Positions 1-9,853 of a stretch of 50,796 nt of DNA are shown here, piece by piece (position 1 is the first letter of the stretch; every line of letters begins with the position of its first letter). This DNA comes from a virus. Its lineage: Duplodnaviria; Caudoviricetes. The position numbers and the translations under genes were made by a program. The stretch lies in IMG/VR virus record IMGVR_UViG_3300020205_001870, positions 1-50,796 of that record; one strand, written 5' to 3'. Below the pieces are notes generated by a model. It was not told where the DNA came from. It searched no databases and saw only the letters and a list, made by a program, of their open reading frames with translations.

Positions 1-99
1 CGGCTGCTGTGGATCTACCCGGTAAAAAGAAGAAAAAGAAATTCAAAGGTGGCGCACCGGCTCCTATTCCGGCTCCAGCCTCCCCTTCACCTGCAACTC
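1..99. repeat. Terminal direct repeat, left copy (assembly overlap of a circular or permuted genome)
   Basis: Identical to 50698-50796; 99 bp is a typical assembler k-mer length. Confidence 0.95.
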
Positions 100-494
100 C
101 GGGGGTTGGGATAGGTGATACCTTAAAAAAGGGCGCAGGTTTTATGCGCTTTCTTATGCCCCTTCTTGGTATTTACGGTGCCTATGAAGTAGCAAACATG
201 CTAAAGGAGGGGACCATTGGAGAAGCCGATGAACGGAGACTCCGGACTTTAGAAGCTCTGGGAGCAGTCAGTGGGGGTATGTCCCAAGATCTCCAGAACC
301 AAGAACAAATTAGAACCATGCAACGGATGGTGGATCTTGCAGGGGTAGAACGTCAAAAAAACCTTGACGCTATGCGGCAAGAGTATACAGGAAACATGAG
401 TCTTGATACCCTCCTTCGGGGACAACAAGCCTCGTTGGCGATGCTGGCTCAACCTAGTCGGCCAAGTATTGCGGAGATGATGGCGAGGATGTAA
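1..494 (+). CDS. C-terminal part of an origin-spanning ~601 aa protein starting at 49386; putative internal virion/ejection protein
   Basis: In frame with ATG 49386 across the repeat; Lys run, Pro/Ala linker, hydrophobic segment FMRFLMPLLGIYGAY. Confidence 0.7.
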   Translation, partial: AAVDLPGKKKKKKFKGGAPAPIPAPASPSPATPGVGIGDTLKKGAGFMRFLMPLLGIYGAYEVANMLKEGTIGEADERRLRTLEALGAVSGGMSQDLQNQEQIRTMQRMVDLAGVERQKNLDAMRQEYTGNMSLDTLLRGQQASLAMLAQPSRPSIAEMMARM

Positions 495-862
495 TGATTC
501 AGATTGAGGACGTTAAACAAATTTCCCATGAGGTTGTTGAATCCCACAACAATCGGGGCTTTGCCATTGTGAAGATAACCCCCACTGATTATGGGCCAGT
601 GGGGGTTCTACTCAACATGACTAAAGAACCTTTGATTAAGAAAGGTTCCGAGTTGAGAGCGAAGGCGGATGTCCGAAAGTTCCTGTGGGATCAAAGTAAA
701 AAGTTACAGATGCGGCGACGGGACCGTAGTTTTATTTGGACCCGATATGTCGAGGCGGAAGATTCTAGTGTTATGGGGTTAGCCACGTTGGTTAGCCGGG
801 AGGTTGCAGAACGGATGGCTAAACTGGACAATGGGTACCAGTGGATAGAGGTGCATCCATGA
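494..862 (+). CDS. Hypothetical protein
   Basis: TAATG coupling upstream and ATGA coupling downstream. Confidence 0.7.
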   Translation: MIQIEDVKQISHEVVESHNNRGFAIVKITPTDYGPVGVLLNMTKEPLIKKGSELRAKADVRKFLWDQSKKLQMRRRDRSFIWTRYVEAEDSSVMGLATLVSREVAERMAKLDNGYQWIEVHP

Positions 863-1398
863 GTCGTATTGCCGCATCAGCGTTTAAAAGCTTGTCCAAT
901 TTTGGAGCCCCCCTAAAGACTATCGCCCGCAAGAGCAGGGCTATTGCAAATAAAGTCGAGGGTGTGGCAGACAATATGGGTCTACAGTTTGGATCCCCCA
1001 TGACTGCATTGGGGGTTGGCGTTCCAACAGCCATGTTTCTGGGGGGACTTGGTACCACCCTTGGGTCTGCATCTAAAGAAGAATTCACCGGGTTTGACCG
1101 GGATCTAAAACTAGAACTTGCAAGGCAGCGATATCAGGTAAGCCAGAATTTAAAGGCCCGCCGCCTCCAGCAAGCGATGGCTGCAAACATGACGAGGTTG
1201 GCAGCTGCAAACCCGCAATTGTATAACCAATTGTTGGTTGGGCGAACTCTGCCCCAAGGAGCTGTAGTTATTGGCGGTGGTCAAAAGACAGATTTTCTTG
1301 AAAGTGTTGCTTATCAGATGGCTACCGGGGGGTTTGAAAACCCTACTCAATCCCCCGATTCTCCAGATGTGATGCAGACCCTTTTGAACTCTTATTGA
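859..1398 (+). CDS. Hypothetical protein, possible virion/ejection protein
   Basis: ATGA overlap start at 859; Gly/Ala-rich hydrophobic stretch followed by a helical region. Confidence 0.65.
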   Translation: MSRIAASAFKSLSNFGAPLKTIARKSRAIANKVEGVADNMGLQFGSPMTALGVGVPTAMFLGGLGTTLGSASKEEFTGFDRDLKLELARQRYQVSQNLKARRLQQAMAANMTRLAAANPQLYNQLLVGRTLPQGAVVIGGGQKTDFLESVAYQMATGGFENPTQSPDSPDVMQTLLNSY

Positions 1399-1406
1399 GG
1401 TGAACC

Positions 1407-1853
1407 ATGCCCGGACAAATCCCACTCGACACACGTTACTACCCATCAGACTTCAACATTCATGGCGAGACTATTGTTATTCCCGCTACTGGCGTAATGG
1501 CTATGCCTTTGCTTTACGCGGATCGGGCGATGATTATTGACTCGGTCACAATGTACGTCTTTGGGGGCGTAGCAATTGCTACTAACCCTGTGTCGCTGAA
1601 GATTAAGCAGGTGCCTGCTTCCGCTGAACCGGTTTTTAGCACAGCAACTCAGGACATTGGCTCGTTTACAACCCTTGCTGCGGGTACTACTACGGCAGCT
1701 ACGCAGACCCTTTCCTTTTCCAAGACAAACAACAATGTAAATAATAATCAGGTCCCTGCAGGTTCGTGGGTTTGGTTCCAGACTACAGCTGCAGGTAGTA
1801 TTACGAATACCCCAACCGTTGTTGTCCAAATTCGGTATCGTAGTCAGTCCTGA
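1407..1853 (+). CDS. Putative structural protein (beta-rich, decoration-like)
   Basis: GAGGTG RBS; Thr/Val/Ala-rich; followed by a terminator similar to the one after the capsid gene. Confidence 0.6.
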   Translation: MPGQIPLDTRYYPSDFNIHGETIVIPATGVMAMPLLYADRAMIIDSVTMYVFGGVAIATNPVSLKIKQVPASAEPVFSTATQDIGSFTTLAAGTTTAATQTLSFSKTNNNVNNNQVPAGSWVWFQTTAAGSITNTPTVVVQIRYRSQS

Positions 1854-1877
1854 TTTTAAGATCTTTTTCCCCCCGCG

Positions 1878-1910
1878 AAGGGCCATCCGTCATGGGTGGC
1901 CCTTTGTCTT
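1878..1910 (+). terminator. Probable intrinsic terminator
   Basis: AAGGGCCATCC-GTCAT-GGGTGGCCCTT stem followed by TGTCTT. Confidence 0.6.
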
Positions 1911-1926
1911 AGACGATACTAATTAC

Positions 1927-4900
1927 ATGAGCCAGTTACCCCTCAACCTCCCCTTTGAACAATTGACTGGGTACGACAAACCGCAGATTCTTTTGACCCA
2001 AGCATTAGATAACGAACTGACAATGCGAGGTGCATTGCAGACGTTGGTGGATGTGGATGGGTTAACGCCCAAAGAGCGCGATCTGTTTACCACACGTTTA
2101 AAGGATCGCATCGGTAGAAACGCGATCACAGATACGGTGGTGGATATTGCCACGAACCCGTTTGTCCTGTTGATGGCCATCACCAATCCAGTGGGGGGAC
2201 AGGCCCTAAGCCGAACGGGTAAAGCGATATTTGATATGAGCGCAAGGTTCAGCCCCTTGGTTAAAGATCAAGGGGGAATGCATGCAGCGTTGGGGGCTCT
2301 TGCGCCAATGCAATTGTTTCGAGGGACCGCTTTAACTCCTGCCGTTCAAGCATTTTCAAAAAATGTAGATCAGCTGGAGAAAGAATTGATGGCCCGTGTT
2401 GGGGATCCGCTTAGAAAAGTGCTAGAGAAGAACGGGTTGGATTCGTTGAACCCGGAACATATAAAGGACGCGGCGAAAAAATTAAAGGCTAGTCAACTAA
2501 ACGATGCGCTTGAAGCGTCTTTAAGGGGTCTAGATAAGGAAGTTGTAGATAAGGTTCTTCAGGCTCGGAAGATGATTGGCACAGAAGTTTACAGTAAGAA
2601 GAAGCACACTCGGATGCAGTGGGCTCAATATGGTCGGTACGAACCGGTGGTTAAAAAGCGAGTGACAAAGCGGTATATCCAAAGGGATATGGATCAAGAG
2701 ATTGATCGTTTGGGTTTGACAGAATTGAGAGATGCATACAAGAGTGCGCTCTCCGAACGAGAAAACGCTTTGTTTATGGATGTTGAGAAGACCCTTCGCA
2801 CGGGGAAGAAAGTAGCAGACCCGCAGAAGTTATTGCGTATCTGGGAAGGTGCTCGTTTCGGGGCAAAGCAGGGTGGTGCTTTTAATGGCACGACAGCTGA
2901 GATGGCGGCTATGGCTCTCAACCCCGAGATTGCTTCTTTAATTGCTAGCGGCAAGTTAAATCAGAAAGCCTTTATGGCGGCTATGACCGAAACGATTGAA
3001 GGTCATGCCAGTTATTACATGCCCAGAAATTTGATGGAGCTAAAGGGGACAACAGACATTGGGCGATTGATGGAGCAGAAGAGAAGTCGAAGCTTGGTGG
3101 CTAGTGGGTCAACTTTAAATCGCACCAGTTCAACAGGTACATTTGATCCTGAAGATCTGCAACGAATCTTTGATCAATATGGGGCCACTAAAGCAGGGGC
3201 CAAGTTGTTGGACAACGCGCAAAAGAAAGTTAAGAACATCTTGGGGAAAGGTGGAGTTGCCCGCACTTACCGTCTGAACGCCCAAGAATCTTTGAGCCGT
3301 TACTTCCGAGATACAGGGGTGACTCATGCTTTGTATGTCCAAACAGAGGATGTCCTTCCTCGTCTAGGGCAAGCTTTGCAAGACACCAAGGGTTATGCAA
3401 ACCCTGAGAAACTGAAACAGATAAACAAAGCTCTAAGGCCTAATCCTTTGATGGACGGACGCAAGTCTTTGGCTAAGGTGTTTCAAGAACAACACTTTTT
3501 GCTAGAGGATCGTTTCGCAAAGGAGGCTCTTGAAGTCATCTTGCGGCAAGCAACAGGGGTTCAAAAGATTGAACATGCTGCAACCCACATGGCTTTGATT
3601 AAAGGCAAGCAAGGCTTGCGTTTGATGCTGGATTCCCCGGTAGGAAAAGCCCTTAAAGATTCCAGTAAGTGGGGCGAAGGTGTGTATTCCCGCATGGACG
3701 AAATGGCTAATGCAGAGTTGTCTTTAGGGGGTGCAAAGGGAATCAGTGGACAGTTGGCTAAGTATTTCTATGTCACCCATCTGGGTTTGAATTTGGCATC
3801 TGTGACCATGAACATGATGCAACCCCTTCTTTATGCAAGCGTGTATGGGGGGTTGGGCAACGTACTCAAGTCGTATAAGAGTGCGTTCACAGAACTAGGT
3901 TCTTATATGAGTGCGCGTGTTGGCAAGCACGGATTTAAATCCCTGAATGACGAACAACATCAAGCACTGATCTCTAAGCACTTTAAGTTTGCAAACATGG
4001 AGGGGGAGAATCTTGTCCAAATTGGGCGAGACACATTCTCTACTTTGGATAGCATCTCTTATAAAACATCTGCCCTTGCCGATGCCGCAAAGAAAGAAAG
4101 TTATTTCTTTGACTACCCTATGAAGCTGTTTGAGAAAGCGGAATGGTTGAACCGGAACGTAGCCGCTTACACGGTCGAGAATCTTTATAAGTCAAAGGGT
4201 TTGATTCCCACCAAAGCCAGTCCCACGTATTACCGGATGATAAATGACGTGGATGAAATGGTGAGCGCGACCCAGTTTGGCGGGTCTAACCTCAATACCC
4301 CTATGGTATTTCAAGGGGAGGGTTCTTTAGGACGGCTTGGAAACAATCCTTTGTTCCGTCAGTTCTTAAGCTTTCCTCTTCGTACCACGACAGGTATGAC
4401 GTATGAGGCCGCTCGTCTTGGGGATAGAGGTTTGTTTAAGGGGGTTGGCCAAGATCTTATTAGAGGTTTGGGTATCAGTGCCATCTTCTATGAGGCGGGA
4501 AAGAACACATTTGGTGTGGACCTGAGCCCCGGTTTGTTTGGGGCAAGTCTTGGACAATTGGTTGGTGGGGATCGCTTCTTTCAAGATGGAAACGAGTATG
4601 TTCCTATCCCCCCGGTTATTGATATCCCGGTCAACATTGTTCGTGGTGCATTGGATCCCGGTCAAAGGGAGCTGTTACAGAACAACATTCCCCGCTTGAT
4701 TCCCGGAGGTATCGGGCTGGCTCGAATGTTTAATCTGATGCCCAACTTGCCGGAAAGCCCCCTGTTTAATTTGCCGGGGGCACTACAGAAAACGTACATT
4801 GACCCTCGTCAACGAAGTCCTGAGGGGGGTGTTGCTTTGTTTAAAGGAGATGGAACCCTGATTGGGTATGAGTCTCCGGGTCAGATTTATGCAAAGGCTC

Positions 4901-5364
4901 TTGGTGTGGATCTTGGTACGTTCAAACAGGCCGGGGACTTTGACGGGTACCTATTGAAGAACCGTGACCAGATAGTGAACTATCGGCAACGGGCAATTCA
5001 AGCCTTGTTGAGTAACGAAATCCCCCGGATGCAAGCCATCAAATCCGAATTTAAGAAACGGTATGGCATGGATCTGACGATCAGCAAAGAGCAGTTAGAC
5101 TCGGCTCAAAAGAATAGATTGATCAGCCGAACAGAACGTATTCTGGATCGTATGCCCCCTGATCAACGGGCGCAATTTCAACAGCAGGCTGTGTCTCGCG
5201 CCCCTGAAATGGGTTTGGAAGCAGAGGTCATCATGGGTGCAGACACAGCCCGGGAACGAATGCAGGGCCGGTTAACGCAACAGCAACCTATGTCCCCGGA
5301 ACAAGTTGAAGTTATGCGCCAAGAGACTGGTAATCCGGGATACCAACCCTTCTCTACTTATTAG
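1927..5364 (+). CDS. Large internal virion (ejection) protein, ~1145 aa
   Basis: Long helical ORF ending the virion arm, as in podoviruses; ATG 1927 lies just after the terminator. Confidence 0.6.
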   Translation: MSQLPLNLPFEQLTGYDKPQILLTQALDNELTMRGALQTLVDVDGLTPKERDLFTTRLKDRIGRNAITDTVVDIATNPFVLLMAITNPVGGQALSRTGKAIFDMSARFSPLVKDQGGMHAALGALAPMQLFRGTALTPAVQAFSKNVDQLEKELMARVGDPLRKVLEKNGLDSLNPEHIKDAAKKLKASQLNDALEASLRGLDKEVVDKVLQARKMIGTEVYSKKKHTRMQWAQYGRYEPVVKKRVTKRYIQRDMDQEIDRLGLTELRDAYKSALSERENALFMDVEKTLRTGKKVADPQKLLRIWEGARFGAKQGGAFNGTTAEMAAMALNPEIASLIASGKLNQKAFMAAMTETIEGHASYYMPRNLMELKGTTDIGRLMEQKRSRSLVASGSTLNRTSSTGTFDPEDLQRIFDQYGATKAGAKLLDNAQKKVKNILGKGGVARTYRLNAQESLSRYFRDTGVTHALYVQTEDVLPRLGQALQDTKGYANPEKLKQINKALRPNPLMDGRKSLAKVFQEQHFLLEDRFAKEALEVILRQATGVQKIEHAATHMALIKGKQGLRLMLDSPVGKALKDSSKWGEGVYSRMDEMANAELSLGGAKGISGQLAKYFYVTHLGLNLASVTMNMMQPLLYASVYGGLGNVLKSYKSAFTELGSYMSARVGKHGFKSLNDEQHQALISKHFKFANMEGENLVQIGRDTFSTLDSISYKTSALADAAKKESYFFDYPMKLFEKAEWLNRNVAAYTVENLYKSKGLIPTKASPTYYRMINDVDEMVSATQFGGSNLNTPMVFQGEGSLGRLGNNPLFRQFLSFPLRTTTGMTYEAARLGDRGLFKGVGQDLIRGLGISAIFYEAGKNTFGVDLSPGLFGASLGQLVGGDRFFQDGNEYVPIPPVIDIPVNIVRGALDPGQRELLQNNIPRLIPGGIGLARMFNLMPNLPESPLFNLPGALQKTYIDPRQRSPEGGVALFKGDGTLIGYESPGQIYAKALGVDLGTFKQAGDFDGYLLKNRDQIVNYRQRAIQALLSNEIPRMQAIKSEFKKRYGMDLTISKEQLDSAQKNRLISRTERILDRMPPDQRAQFQQQAVSRAPEMGLEAEVIMGADTARERMQGRLTQQQPMSPEQVEVMRQETGNPGYQPFSTY

Positions 5365-5903
5365 AGGGGAGTCCAGAATTGAAGGCATTGCGTTTTCTCA
5401 AACCAACGAACCACGCCTTGCCCGTATCTAGGGAGTAGGCGGACCAAGATTCTGGAGTCTGGATCTAACTTCATAACTTGGTCCGCCATATCCCGTAGAG
5501 TCTCCCGCCCGATATTAATGTTGGCAAGGTAAGCACCACCCACGGAGGAAAATGTAAGGTGTCCCTTACACGGGCCTCCGTCCACGCGAATGGTCTTTGC
5601 TTCCTTGCCATGCAGTTCAGTGGGGGTTTCTCCAGCTGGCAACGACAATGTCTGTACAAGCCAGTAACCATTGTTTGGATCCAAAATAATTTGGATCGAC
5701 CCCCGTAACGGGAGGGTAAAACATGCTGATTTATTTGTGTTCAGGGGAACGGGTGCAGAAACCCCGAGACTTTTAAATCCAGAATGTTTCACCCTCAACG
5801 GCACGGGCATACTCCACGGACGCGGCGTGTAATTTAAATCCACCATCCGGACAATTGTTTTGCATTCTACGTAAGGGATTGAGGGCTCGTAGGACCGATC
5901 CAT
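5361..5903 (-). CDS. Hypothetical protein (start uncertain)
   Basis: Last ORF of the minus arm; its stop codon overlaps the convergent stop. Confidence 0.5.
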   Translation of the reverse strand: MDRSYEPSIPYVECKTIVRMVDLNYTPRPWSMPVPLRVKHSGFKSLGVSAPVPLNTNKSACFTLPLRGSIQIILDPNNGYWLVQTLSLPAGETPTELHGKEAKTIRVDGGPCKGHLTFSSVGGAYLANINIGRETLRDMADQVMKLDPDSRILVRLLPRYGQGVVRWFEKTQCLQFWTPL

Positions 5904-5999
5904 CGTCTTGCTTTCTAGGGGGAGACAACCACCTAGGCCAACCCGCTAGAGCCAGCAGGCAAGTATGCACCCTCAATCCCGGGAACGTAGCCAAAGGGG

Positions 6000-6031
6000 G
6001 AGGGGGTAGAGCTTGTGGGCCCTACCCCCTC
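6000..6031 (-). terminator. Stem-loop downstream of the SSB-like gene
   Basis: GAGGGGGTAG...CTACCCCCTC inverted repeat; no clear U tract. Confidence 0.45.
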
Positions 6032-6058
6032 TATCAGTGGGGGTTTCAGTTAGGAGGC

Positions 6059-6625
6059 TTAGGCCTCGGACAGAAGCTTGTTGAGAAACTCTGTCTTGTA
6101 GATCTTAGATGCCGACGTGCCCTTCCCTTTACGGTATTGGCAACGGACCGTGCAAACGATCTGCTTGTCACTGGACAAGTTTGTGGTTGTGCGTTCAATC
6201 GCGTCTGCCACATCCAGACCATCGGCAGTTCCAACCTTACTTCCAAGCAAGGTGGACAGATGGCCACAGAAACGATTACGTTCAATCTGAAGACCGGTGC
6301 GCCGACCCTCAGAAGTTACCGCCGCAGGGTTGTCCGGGAAGATGAAGGGAGCCCCACCCCACACAAGCGGACTATCCGGGTTGGCTTCGTCATTGAGAAG
6401 TTGATAGCGGAACCGGAACTCTGTGGCGGAGATCTCTTGCTGTTGCCCTTGTTCGGATGTGAATCGGTAGGTTGCCTTATCGTTGATGTCGAGGGACAGA
6501 ACATAGCAATCGTGCTCCCCCTCATTTGGCCACTCGCCAAGACCACCAATACCAGTGTCCGGGTTGGCATCTCCGAATGCGGCTTTCTGTGCTGCGAACA
6601 TTGCGCTAATCTTTTGATTCGCCAT
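6059..6625 (-). CDS. Putative single-stranded DNA-binding protein
   Basis: AGGAG RBS; follows the AAA_24 ATPase, the usual Sak4-SSB gene order; beta-rich. Function inferred from context. Confidence 0.5.
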   Translation of the reverse strand: MANQKISAMFAAQKAAFGDANPDTGIGGLGEWPNEGEHDCYVLSLDINDKATYRFTSEQGQQQEISATEFRFRYQLLNDEANPDSPLVWGGAPFIFPDNPAAVTSEGRRTGLQIERNRFCGHLSTLLGSKVGTADGLDVADAIERTTTNLSSDKQIVCTVRCQYRKGKGTSASKIYKTEFLNKLLSEA

Positions 6626-6658
6626 AACTATCACTACTCCTGAAAGGTTCTGCAAGCG

Positions 6659-7555
6659 TTACGCGCTTGCGTTGGTGTTGTACTTTTCCACAAAGATACC
6701 CCATCCGCCTGCCTCTGGCAGTTCAAATTCGGAGGGCATCTTAACGCGATGCTTGGTGATACCCGCTAAAGACTCGGAGTCTACAGAGAACAAGTATCGC
6801 TTGCGCTTCTCAGTCACGATCTTTGGTTTGAGGGTGACGGTCTTTCCGTCCCGAACAATCGGGGGCTGTGCAATCTCTCGTTGCTCCGTGACCCACTCTG
6901 TAGAGATGGCGGCAACCATTTCAAACAAGGGGTAAAGACGTTTATAGAAGCCATCCGTAATTGTAAGCTCGGGTTTGATTACATACTTGTCGTCCCCAAG
7001 AGGGATCTTTGCGTTGACGACATGGCAGATAATGTAGACCCCGTAGCCATATCGCCGCAGAGTCAGACAACTGTCAATGACCATATCGTAAAGCTGGTCC
7101 CATGAACGTCGTCCGTCCATCTCCCGCCAGTCCTTCTTATCGTTAGACCGGGTAATCCAATCTTTAAGGAGGGGGATAAAGGTTCCCAAGGAATCAAAGA
7201 ATACAGTTGCTGGGCGGGGTTGATTGTTCTTTGAGAGAGAGCACAACAAATCTATCTTCGCTTGGACCGCCTCCCAAGTCATGACCAAAGGTTGACCATC
7301 AACATCAATTGGCTGGCCTTGTGGATTGATCCCCGGCCAGACACAAGCATGAGGATCACCAAGGGTGGAGGTACAATCCATATTACAAACCCAAGCATCC
7401 GGGTGTGACTGAATGAATTGAGACTTGCCCTCTCCCGGCATACCGCAGATGAGTCCAAACAACTTTTCAGGGGGGTGAACCATCTTAACCCCTTGGAATC
7501 CAAGGGACGAATAGCGGTGCTGTGGTAGCTTACCGGCATGGGTTGTTAGAGTCAT
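6659..7555 (-). CDS. AAA_24 / Sak4-like P-loop ATPase
   Basis: Walker A GMPGEGKS, Walker B TVFFDS, IICH motif. Confidence 0.8.
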   Translation of the reverse strand: MTLTTHAGKLPQHRYSSLGFQGVKMVHPPEKLFGLICGMPGEGKSQFIQSHPDAWVCNMDCTSTLGDPHACVWPGINPQGQPIDVDGQPLVMTWEAVQAKIDLLCSLSKNNQPRPATVFFDSLGTFIPLLKDWITRSNDKKDWREMDGRRSWDQLYDMVIDSCLTLRRYGYGVYIICHVVNAKIPLGDDKYVIKPELTITDGFYKRLYPLFEMVAAISTEWVTEQREIAQPPIVRDGKTVTLKPKIVTEKRKRYLFSVDSESLAGITKHRVKMPSEFELPEAGGWGIFVEKYNTNASA

Positions 7556-7558
7556 CTG

Positions 7559-7897
7559 TTAGTCCTCGAATCCGGGCATCCGGACATTCTGAAACATTTG
7601 ATTTTGAGGGGGCGGAAAATTAAAGTGCCCTTGTTGATGACTTGTTTGGAAGTGTTGTTGATCTGGGGGTGGGGGCAAGGGGGCTTGGTTTCTAATCCGA
7701 GGACCATCAATCTGCACAGTCCTCGTTACTCGGTAGCCGATTGCCTTAAGCCAATCTGTAATTCGATTCTTAGAAACTCGACACCCGTGAAGCTTATTAA
7801 ACTTGGTGGTCATATCCCCAATGGATTCAACCCCGTCTTCTAACACACGATCTATACGTGGCTTAATGACAAGATGCACGTAGTCCTCCTCAAACAT
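7559..7897 (-). CDS. Hypothetical protein, possible HTH with Pro/Gln tail
   Basis: TAATG coupling at 7897 gives MFEEDYVHL. Confidence 0.6.
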   Translation of the reverse strand: MFEEDYVHLVIKPRIDRVLEDGVESIGDMTTKFNKLHGCRVSKNRITDWLKAIGYRVTRTVQIDGPRIRNQAPLPPPPDQQHFQTSHQQGHFNFPPPQNQMFQNVRMPGFED

Positions 7898-9324
7898 TAC
7901 ATGCGGGGCTCGGGCTCTAGGTTCTCTATCAACCCGTCGAACTCGTGCTGCGCGGGCTGCAATGGCAGCTCGCCCGCGTCCCGATGTGCTATTAGGAACT
8001 GCTCGGACTTCAGGAGCATTGGCCAGTCCTTCGGCTCCGTCAGATAAAACGGGCTGTAGTTCGCCAGCTTCGATCCCATCCTTAATCCGTCGATGTTTCT
8101 TAGGTAGTTGCATGGGTTTGCCTCGCGTGTTGCCAAATCGTAAATCATGACAACACGGTTAAGATAGTCTGTTCGCCAATCCTTGTCAAGCATAATGCTT
8201 GCGTGAGTGTAAGAAATGTTTATAGGGGGGTCGTTGTTAAAATCGGGAGCACGGTCCAAGTATTCGCCCTCTCCCTTGTACCAACGCATACACCGCTCTT
8301 GGTATTTGGCAATGGATGGTTCACCTTGGTAGACACGCTCTGGTTTTTTACCTGTTTGGCTATGCAATTCAGCCAAGCAATCCTCTATTGATCCACAAAA
8401 TGGTTCCAGATAAGGAGCTTGGGCAGTCCACTTTATAACGTAGGGCCCAAGGTCTTGAATGTTTACAGGGCTGCGCATGATACGTCCCGCGACCCCCGTC
8501 CTCTTCCCTTCTGATTCCCAATGAAAGTCTCTATCGGCTTGGCCAAATTGAATGGATGGTTTCAAGATGGCCATGTGCATCATGCCCCCTATCTCTGCGT
8601 TGGCTGGGATCTGGGGGTATTGTTTATGGAGTAGTCCCCGCTCAAAGAACCACTCCAATGCATGGATGTAATGCATCGTTTGGAATTCTTCTTTCACGGT
8701 GGACAACCTAATCAGTGGGGGCCCAGCGGTCGTCTTTGCATCCACGATCCACAGCTTATTGGTCTTACGGTTGAGAAGAAGCAGGTCGAACTGGGTCACC
8801 TGACGACACTTTGGAAATCGTTCGTCTAACCATGTGAGTCGTAGTTCCGCGCCGATCTTTATGAAGTTGTCTTGCAATAGGTCGAGGGCGGAATTCTGAT
8901 TGAGGCACGGCAAATTTTCAAAGGCATTATACCAAGCCCCGGCCATAGCCTGATCCAACTGCTCATTCTGAATTGCAGTAGCACGAGCTGTCTCCGAGAT
9001 CCGCAGTTGTTTACAGATGTTGTTGATTTCTGTAAGCCGAGCAGCACACATTCGCTTATAGATTTGTGGCCGATCATCCCGATCAAAGAGGGCGAACAGA
9101 ACATGAAAGTAGCTACCTCTAGACAGGGCTTCTGAATAGGAGAGCGCAGGGATAATTCCTAATCTACGCCGGAGGTAGTACCCAAAGGGATCTGAAAGTG
9201 CAGATCCGTAATCAGAAGAACGAATTGATGGGATACTTGCAGGTAGCCCTTCGGACTCAAGGAAGTGGCGGGCACTTCTTCCGCGATCTTTTGGAAGGGG
9301 GGCTGGGTTTACAACTGGGAACAT
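7897..9324 (-). CDS. PD-(D/E)XK nuclease (RecB/AddB-like exonuclease)
   Basis: IRSS...P..YY N-terminus, RGSYFH, AELRL, QFDLL, IVDAKTT, Q...Y. Confidence 0.8.
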   Translation of the reverse strand: MFPVVNPAPLPKDRGRSARHFLESEGLPASIPSIRSSDYGSALSDPFGYYLRRRLGIIPALSYSEALSRGSYFHVLFALFDRDDRPQIYKRMCAARLTEINNICKQLRISETARATAIQNEQLDQAMAGAWYNAFENLPCLNQNSALDLLQDNFIKIGAELRLTWLDERFPKCRQVTQFDLLLLNRKTNKLWIVDAKTTAGPPLIRLSTVKEEFQTMHYIHALEWFFERGLLHKQYPQIPANAEIGGMMHMAILKPSIQFGQADRDFHWESEGKRTGVAGRIMRSPVNIQDLGPYVIKWTAQAPYLEPFCGSIEDCLAELHSQTGKKPERVYQGEPSIAKYQERCMRWYKGEGEYLDRAPDFNNDPPINISYTHASIMLDKDWRTDYLNRVVMIYDLATREANPCNYLRNIDGLRMGSKLANYSPFYLTEPKDWPMLLKSEQFLIAHRDAGELPLQPAQHEFDGLIENLEPEPRM

Positions 9325-9835
9325 CTTTTTCTTTTTCCTTGTCTTGTTGAAATTTTTCCCGGATATGAGTGAGGCGGTTGTACACGGACTGCGGGCTTTT
9401 CAATTCGAGTACATCGGCTATGCGGGTCATCGTATACCCGTCACAGCGCAACCTGATGATGGTCCATTCTTCTTCCGTCAAGTCAATAGGGAGACAAAAA
9501 GTTTTTTCAGTGGGGGCCGCAAGCTGTTCGTCACAGCTTGAATCTTTTGACAAGGGGATCTTTAAACGAAGACCCTTCTCCGTAAAGCGATAACCCCTTT
9601 CTTTCCAGTATGCATAATGCACTGCCCCCCATAAAAAGGCTTTAAGGAAAGTGATCACCGAAGATTTTTCGGCATCGTAAATTGTGGACAGGAGCCTGTT
9701 CGTTTGGATGTAGGCTTCAGATAGGATCTCGTCTGTCGTCCAAGCCGGGAATCTTTTTTTTCTAGAGACTTCTCGACTCCAGTAAATAAGATAACCTACG
9801 TGGTCATGAGGATTATCGCTATGCCGTTGATCCAC
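9257..9835 (-). CDS. Sigma70/ECF-like transcription factor
   Basis: Region 2-like DEILSEAYI...YDAEKSSVITFL; region 4 LTEEEWTIIRLRCDGYTMTRIADVL...QSVYNRL. Confidence 0.7.
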   Translation of the reverse strand: MDQRHSDNPHDHVGYLIYWSREVSRKKRFPAWTTDEILSEAYIQTNRLLSTIYDAEKSSVITFLKAFLWGAVHYAYWKERGYRFTEKGLRLKIPLSKDSSCDEQLAAPTEKTFCLPIDLTEEEWTIIRLRCDGYTMTRIADVLELKSPQSVYNRLTHIREKFQQDKEKEKDVPSCKPSPPSKRSRKKCPPLP

Positions 9836-9853
9836 GTTTGCAACCCCTGCTGG

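Noticed and set aside
1-99. Biological terminal repeat (T7-like DTR)
   Set aside because: It lies mid-gene and its length equals a common assembly k-mer, so an assembly overlap is more likely
1819-1926. N-terminal extension of the 1181-aa ORF
   Set aside because: It overlaps the previous gene and a terminator; ATG 1927 is more plausible
5996-6043. Possible G-quadruplex
   Set aside because: Loops are long and the G runs are explained by the hairpin and the 9-mer
5855-6643. 262-aa plus-strand ORF
   Set aside because: Antisense shadow of the SSB-like gene, with no motifs
7897-9324. Cas4 / CRISPR adaptation gene
   Set aside because: No Cas4-type four-Cys cluster is evident, and there are no cas genes or array
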